Shown one piece after another: positions 57,224 to 64,000 of a DNA stretch of 64,000 bases (position 1 is its first letter; the number at the start of each line of letters is the position of its first letter). A model generated the notes under the pieces. That model made no database searches and had not been told where the DNA came from. It was given only the letters and a program-made list of their open reading frames with translations. The position numbers were made by a program, and so were the translations under genes. This DNA is from Chrysomallon squamiferum (taxonomy: Eukaryota > Animalia > Mollusca): NCBI GenBank assembly GCA_012295275.1, contig CM022671.1:21390001-21454000 (forward strand), read 5' to 3'.

Positions 57224-58926
57224 TTAGAAAATATCTCTCTGAGGAGGTCTTTCTTCTTCACCAGATATATTCTGAAGTTCTCTTAGGCCCTAGAAAACAA
57301 AGTAACAGAAAATATATAATTTATTTTTACAGTTATATTCTTATAACAATAAGAGATGAATAACCATATATTAATCCATTTTAATATAAATTATTATTAC
57401 GCATCAAGTATGTAGTTTCTTTTCTTTAGTGATGTTTTATTGTTCGTGAAGTTAGCACTACATCTGATTTACATATAGTGTAAATATATTTTCAGTTAAA
57501 TAAAGATACAAACACATATACACAAACCTCAAGCACCAATTTAATGTGAGCTTTTATCAAAGCAATCTTTTTAGTCAGTGATTCTGTGCTTTCAGTTAGT
57601 TTTGCAGTTTTCTTTTCTATGAATTGTAATGCTTCATCCAATGTGAACTCTACAAACACACCAAGACCAACAGCTACAAAGATTTTTGAAGGATCTGGGC
57701 TAAAATAAAATACAAATATATAATTATGATTGAAATAAAGTATAAATGTAGATGTTGCAATATTCAATGGATGTAAATAAATGAAATATCAAAATGCAGC
57801 ATTAATTAAAAATAGTAATATAAGCACAAACACACACATGCACACACACACACACACATACATATTAAAAAAGTTAAATTACAAAATAAAAAATTGTATT
57901 AGAAACACATTTCATTTTTCACTGGTACTGACTTATTACATATATTATAAAATACCTACATTTTAGCCTGAATATAGAAATTGCATCCAATGTCAGTTTT
58001 AGTTTTTAATTCAGTCTTGTGTAAGTTAGTTTCCTACAACAAAAATACTAATTATTGCCATTTTATCTTAAATTAACAAGAAACAGATCTGCAAGAATTT
58101 ACAAATAAATGTCGTCTGAATTTCTAACAGTAATTTTGCTTGAATAGAATCAGTTGCCAGACAAAAAAAAATCTAATGAACCAAACAGCTGTACATTTAG
58201 AAATCTGTTAATTAAAATGCCACTACCAGCACTTAAATCAATACCTCCTATGTTTTAAACATTTTAAATTCATAATTAAATTTTATTTAATTTTATTTTT
58301 TTTAAATATAGATATATCTCAATTACATATATTTTTTCTTATTACTGAACATATATTTTGTTCTGTCTGTTCAACAATTGTTTCATATCTTTTCATGTCA
58401 GAGACTATCCAAAAAACACAATACATAATACTATATTTTCAAACCTATTAATACATCCAGTTATAAAAGTGAAATCTTTGAGTGTCTCTTTAGAATTTTA
58501 CTTAAACTGTAGGTTATCAACAAATAAAAGAAAACTGTCCACAAAAATTAAAAAATCATAAATTTTTTAGCATTTACTACAGTCAAGTGTAATAATGTTA
58601 ATGTTTTACTTCAGTACCAACCTTAAGTCTTTCAATCACAGTTTTCAATTGTAAATATTCAGAAATTTGACCAAATATTCTATCTCTCACATCTAAGGTT
58701 TTTCTGAAATGTTTAAACAAAATAATATAATTTAGTTCCAAATACAAATTAAAAACTGAACAAGTGAACTGAATTTTGAATACTGTATAAGGATTTGATT
58801 AATTCAAAGACTAGTAAAATACTTTTGAGTTATTCATTGTCATCAGAAAATAAAATATATGACACATCTAATGTATAACTTTATTAAATATCTAAGTATA
58901 TCTGGTTTTATCTGGTATTATTATTA

Positions 58927-58984
<58 letters not shown>

Positions 58985-59389
58985 AATGTATAAATTATAT
59001 CAGTGTAATGTGTAATATGGTGTCTAACACAAAAGTAACATTATCTCAATACTTTTTACAATTATAGAATGACGTGTCGTCTATAACAATGAACCTATAA
59101 AGTATAAATTGTTGACAAAATATTTTCTTTGTTTTATATATAATTTACATGTCAATATTATAAATAAACAGTGTCTGTTACTATTACTGTATTTACTGTA
59201 TTAGTATTAGTATTACTAGTATTAATTACAATTAACAAGATAAAGAGGCTGTAATGAATTATAATAATTACATCATTTCTATAAAATGAATTAGATCATA
59301 GATGTTAATTAAAGCTACCTAAGATCTTCCTTTAACGTTTCATTTAAAAACTTTTCGAATTCAAGTACTTTAGCAGACGTATCGCTCAT
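57224..59389 (-). CDS. UXT: Protein UXT (alpha-type prefoldin-like), 154 aa
   Basis: Exons 59389-59319, 58703-58622, 58033-57960, 57699-57528 and 57289-57224 total 465 nt. Motifs include KVLEFEKFLNETLKEDL, EYLQLK..IE.L, TDIGCNFYIQA, IFVAVGLGVFVEFTLDEALQFI and IKAHIKLVLEGLRELQNI. Confidence 0.93.
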
Positions 59390-59727
59390 TTTATCATCTT
59401 CTGTCAACTAGTTAATGTGGCCATGCCTCCAACTGTGTTTTATTGTTTATTACGCTAAGATCTACTTTCACGTTATCTGAAAGTATGTACAATTGCCAGT
59501 TAATTAATGAAAAGGATATTTCGTTGTTATAAAACCAATTAAAGTTATTGTTTAATTAATTTGGAGATATTTTAGAAACAAATGCAGAGAAATATACATA
59601 TATGATGTTAAACATACTTCATGTATTATCTTTTTATTTATAAACTTAGAGTTACTATAACAGCTGTTCAATAACTAGTCCCCTTCCATTTGACTTTATT
59701 CCAAGCAAATAAACACTAGTTAGAAAG

Positions 59728-60654
59728 ATGATTTGTGTAACATGGCTGCAAGCTGCCTTAGTTTTTGTTATCCCTTTGTGTTTTCTATGTCTGTTATATG
59801 TTTTGTCAGTATCTCTGGAGAACTTCAAAAGGAGGAGTATCGAAGATAAAGTTGTCCTTATTACAGGAGCAACATCAGGGCTAGGTAAAGCATGTGCAAA
59901 AATATTTTATGAAGCTGGATGCCATGTGATTTTGGCAGGAAGGAGTGAGGTGAAGCTTGAACAAACAAAGACTGCTTTACAAAAAAATGCCAAATTGCAT
60001 ACAGTCATTATGGATTTAGAGAATCTCGAATCTTTGCAAGAAAAATGCCTTGAAGCCACTGCTATATTTGGTAGAATTGACGTTCTTATTAACAATGCAG
60101 GAATCAGCTATCGAGGACTGATAGAAAACACATCACTAGATGTAGACCAGAAAGTAATGCTTGTGAACTATTTTGGCCATGTTGCCATAACAAAAGCTGT
60201 TCTGCCTGCCATGTTGAGCAGAGGTCAAGGTCATATTGTTGGCATCAGTAGCATACAAGGGAAAATTGCTATTCCTTACAGATCAGCATATGCTGCCTCC
60301 AAACATGCATTCCAGGCCTTTTTTGACTGCCTTCGTGCTGAATTGTCGGACAGAAATATACAGATTACAGTAATCAGCCCTAGTTATGTTAGAACCAGTC
60401 TCTCAGTGAATGCAGTTTGTGAAGATGGAACTAAACATGATGTCATGGACAAGACAACAGCAGCAGGGATGAGTCCAGAATATGTGGCCTTACAAGTGAT
60501 GAACAGTGTCACACTGGGAAGAAAAGATGTCATCATATCCTCTTTAGTTCAGCACCTAGCTATTTACATTAGAACACTTGCACCTAACTTGTTTTTTACA
60601 TTAATGGCTTCAAGAGCTAAAAAACAAAAGAAGGATTATGTGAAGAATAAATGA
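59728..60654 (+). CDS. DHRS7B: Dehydrogenase/reductase SDR family member 7B, single-exon CDS, 308 aa
   Basis: N-terminal TM segment, TGATSGLG Rossmann motif, NNAGISYRG, and ISSIQGKIAIPYRSAYAASKHAFQAFFDCLRAE containing the catalytic YxxxK. Confidence 0.92.
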   Translation: MICVTWLQAALVFVIPLCFLCLLYVLSVSLENFKRRSIEDKVVLITGATSGLGKACAKIFYEAGCHVILAGRSEVKLEQTKTALQKNAKLHTVIMDLENLESLQEKCLEATAIFGRIDVLINNAGISYRGLIENTSLDVDQKVMLVNYFGHVAITKAVLPAMLSRGQGHIVGISSIQGKIAIPYRSAYAASKHAFQAFFDCLRAELSDRNIQITVISPSYVRTSLSVNAVCEDGTKHDVMDKTTAAGMSPEYVALQVMNSVTLGRKDVIISSLVQHLAIYIRTLAPNLFFTLMASRAKKQKKDYVKNK

Positions 60655-61723
60655 ATCAGAACCAAATATGTTTTTCATGGTACTGAAGTTAATCATTGAC
60701 CCTAAAGCACATAGCCCATTTGCTTTGCTTTGTTGATGATCACATTCTGCTTGTACATTTAGCTTAGAGATTTAAAAATCAAAAATAGAAATGCTGTTCA
60801 GATTTTGAATACAATAGATAAGGCTGTGTTCAAAGAAGCAGTATCTGCAACAGAACAAATACATTCTGAAACAAACTAGAACATTTATTTAATAGTTTTA
60901 ACAGCTGATTATCATGTTCTGGTTAGAAATTTGTGATGAATGTGAATTACACAAACCTATTAAAATATAATCTAATCATTTGGTTTCCAATGTAAAATGT
61001 TAAGTAATTGTTTGTTTGTTAAAATATAAAAACAAAATTTTGTAATGGAGATTTTCTTTTCAAATGAAATAAATAAAACAAATATATAACTAAACTTAGT
61101 ATTAGTTTTTTTAAGACATAATTTAGTAATCATTGTTTCACTTATTTCTTTTTTCAGCATAATTTTTTTTAATATTTAATTTATTTATTATTATTTTTTT
61201 TTTTATGGATATGTTATTATTAAAATATATTTATGTACAATTGTAATAATAATATTTAAATCAGAAAATAAACAAATCATCTATACTATATAAAACAGAC
61301 AATCACAATAATGTAATGTGTAATAGATGGATAGCAGTCCTGCATATGAAAACGTATCACCAATGTTAAAAGAAAGAAATTTGATGATAGATTTAATAAA
61401 GTTTGTTAGAAATATTCAGTTAGAATACATTTTTAGGGGGAAAAAAAAAAAAAATCCCCAGGTTAGTTTATGAGATTTATTAATAATTCCAAATTCCAAA
61501 AGATGCATTGTTAAATAAAATTAATTAATTAAAAAGTAATATTATTGTGAAAAATAGAATTAGGTATATGTTTTTCCTAATAAAACTTATAATAATAATA
61601 ACAACAGAGTAACGTGATTTTTATGTATTGCATAATTACAATGTATATGTTATTGTGTGCAACTTCTTGAAAGTTAATGTTGTGCTTTCCAAGCGCTGGA
61701 GGAAAATAGAAAGAAAGAAACAA

Positions 61724-64000
61724 ATGGCGGAGTTATTGCTTGATTCTAATATCAGGGTTTGGGTTTTCTTGCCCATTGTTATTATAACTTTCTTAATAGG
61801 GATAATTAGACATTATGTTACGATACTCCTTTCATCAGAGAAAAAGTCAGAGCTTCAGCAAGTGTCAGATAGGTAAATAACATGACATACTTTTCAATTT
61901 TATGTTCGCAAAAATCGACATTTTCACAAATCTATGTCATGCTTTCTTGAGCGATAAGGGATTGTATTATTATTATAGCCTACATTAGAAATTGGCTAAA
62001 CTTAACCTCACCGATGCCAGTATTCTAATGATTTTGGCTACTTACTGATAAGCGTTAATAAAGTTATTACATTAATTAATTTTTTTCAACAAGATGAAAT
62101 ATTTTACCTCACGATTCAGTCATCAAAAAAATAAAAAATAAATAAATTAAATTAAATAAAAAATAAAAAAGACAAACAAAACAAACGTGGATATCACATG
62201 GTTTATGAAGCACTACTTTTATATGTCCCTGCTTACAGACATACTAGAAAAAGTAGTATTTTGATAAAACACCCTCAGAGAGTTGGCATGCTGATGAGGA
62301 TTCATTGTGAGACTCACAGTCACACTGATTTCCAAAACATCCTGTAGTTCAGTGTTTAACAGTCACCGTGCTTGATGATACTGATAGGATCAAACATCTG
62401 ATTTTATATATCAAGCCATTTGAAGGCCATAATATTGATGTGTACTTTCCTGTTGACTGAAAAGTGTTTATAAATCATGATCTGAAAGATCTTAAATTGC
62501 TACTAATCAGTATTATTAGCACATCAGAGTGTACAGAGGTAGCATATAGTCACAATCATTCATATGATCTATCATTTCTTTTTTAAACATATATTTAACA
62601 CTTCATTTTGTGAAGACCAAAACAAATTCATAAAACTATATTGAGATGCAAGTAAACAGCCATTCATTCAGTTTATTGCAAAGGTAATTTCAGCCAAATA
62701 AAATGACTGAGAAAAAAGTGATCACAGTAACATTATACACAAATACCATCTTGGTGTGTTATGAAACAGATGTGAAATGATCATGCTCAATAAAAAATTA
62801 ATAATGAAAATTGTAAATTACTTAGTAATCACACTCTAAATTTATTTTGTTATCATTGTTATATATCCATAACAAGATAAATAAGAAAAAAACAAAAAAA
62901 TTATAACTGCAGTGTAATCACCCCAAATCTGTTGTGTTTTATAAAATATGCTGTTATTTAAAATTATTTGTTTATTTTATCCATGTCATTCACAATAATG
63001 GTGATTGTTTATTTAAAATAACATGAATCTTGAGGGGTTTATTATACATTTTATTGTGTGTTTTTTTTGTGTTTTTTTTAGTCATGTTTTAATTCGAAGC
63101 AGAACACTTAGAGAAAATGGAAAATATATTCCAAAAGAGGTGAGATCTAAACTAATCTATAAATTAATATTAAATTAACTGTTACAATTAAATTATTATT
63201 TTAGTTCAGTTTTCTTTGTCACATATTACAATTCATCAAGCTATTTAACTTTTAAGATATTTTTAAATTATTGTTATTATTAATTATATGTATGACAGAT
63301 AATTTGGTTTGTCCAGCTTGCACGTTACATTTATTAAATATTCTGCTTATTATTTGTTCCAGTCATTTCTTGTAAGAAAGACATATTTTAATCATCCAGA
63401 GAAAGGATTTTTCAAGAAAGAAAAAAGGGAAACCCAAACCAAAAATCCAATGACAGGTTAGATGTTTTTTTTATATTTTAATTTATGTACCTAAGTTGAA
63501 TTAATAATATCAGATATGTTTATATTAAAGTGCTAGGCAAGACTTGTGACATTAGAAAATTATTTGAAAATGATAGAATGGACTTGGAGTGACATAATTT
63601 GAAATATCATACAGTCTTCAAGAGTTTCACACAAAAAGAATCTATGACTCTGCATTAAAGTGAATTAAATCTAAACATATTTAAAAATTATTAATAATAA
63701 CTATTTTTTGTTGTGTTAGTTAATAGTAAATTGTTAAATCCTATTACAGCTCTTGATTTTCAAGTCAGAATTATGCTTTATTTATGTTTTATCAGTACGT
63801 TTTAGAAGCAGTAAATTACATCTTCACTTATTCACTTGATTCTCTTTTTTCATTGCTGTTATGATTATTAATTAAATTTTTTATTATTTTTTTTCACTAG
63901 AACTTATAAAATTATTTTGAGGTTTTCATAAACAAAAGTAAATCTTGAATTATGTTTATATCATTAATATTTATTTCAGACCCAACAATGATGACAGATA
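61724..64000 (+). CDS. EMC3: ER membrane protein complex subunit 3, 5' part; continues beyond the window
   Basis: Exons 61724-61872 ([32 protein letters not shown]), 63082-63139 ([19 protein letters not shown]), 63363-63456 (SFLVRK...NPMT) and 63980 to the window end (DPTMMTD). Confidence 0.95.

Noticed and set aside
57219-57226. Stop-codon readthrough fusing UXT to PTRHD1
   Set aside because: The 5-nt spacer puts PTRHD1 in a different frame. No canonical X XXY YYZ slippery heptamer or calicivirus-type UGGGA reinitiation motif is seen in UXT exon 5.

Overview
AT-rich, intron-containing animal genomic DNA, probably a lophotrochozoan such as a mollusc (inferred from microsatellite content, repeats and caveolin type). 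Gene order: (1) the 5' part of a TMEM47/PERP-like claudin-superfamily gene (-); (2) an 18-coding-exon BRE1 (RNF20/40) H2B ubiquitin ligase (-) with an apparent 2-nt frameshift in coding exon 2; (3) a ~25 kb tandem cluster of five short, Cys-rich caveolin genes (-) with seven phase-0 first coding exons for five body exons; (4) FAM185A (+); (5) an intronless PTRHD1 (-) whose ATG is only 5 nt after the stop of (6) UXT (-); (7) a single-exon-CDS DHRS7B (+), head-to-head with UXT; (8) the 5' part of EMC3 (+). The best leads are a probable UXT-PTRHD1 bicistronic unit and a caveolin array with alternative first exons, RFX X-box-like and CLEAR promoter motifs, and signs of gene conversion. All gene models were built by hand from GT-AG sites and reading frame. 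Protein identities come from recognised motifs, not database searches.
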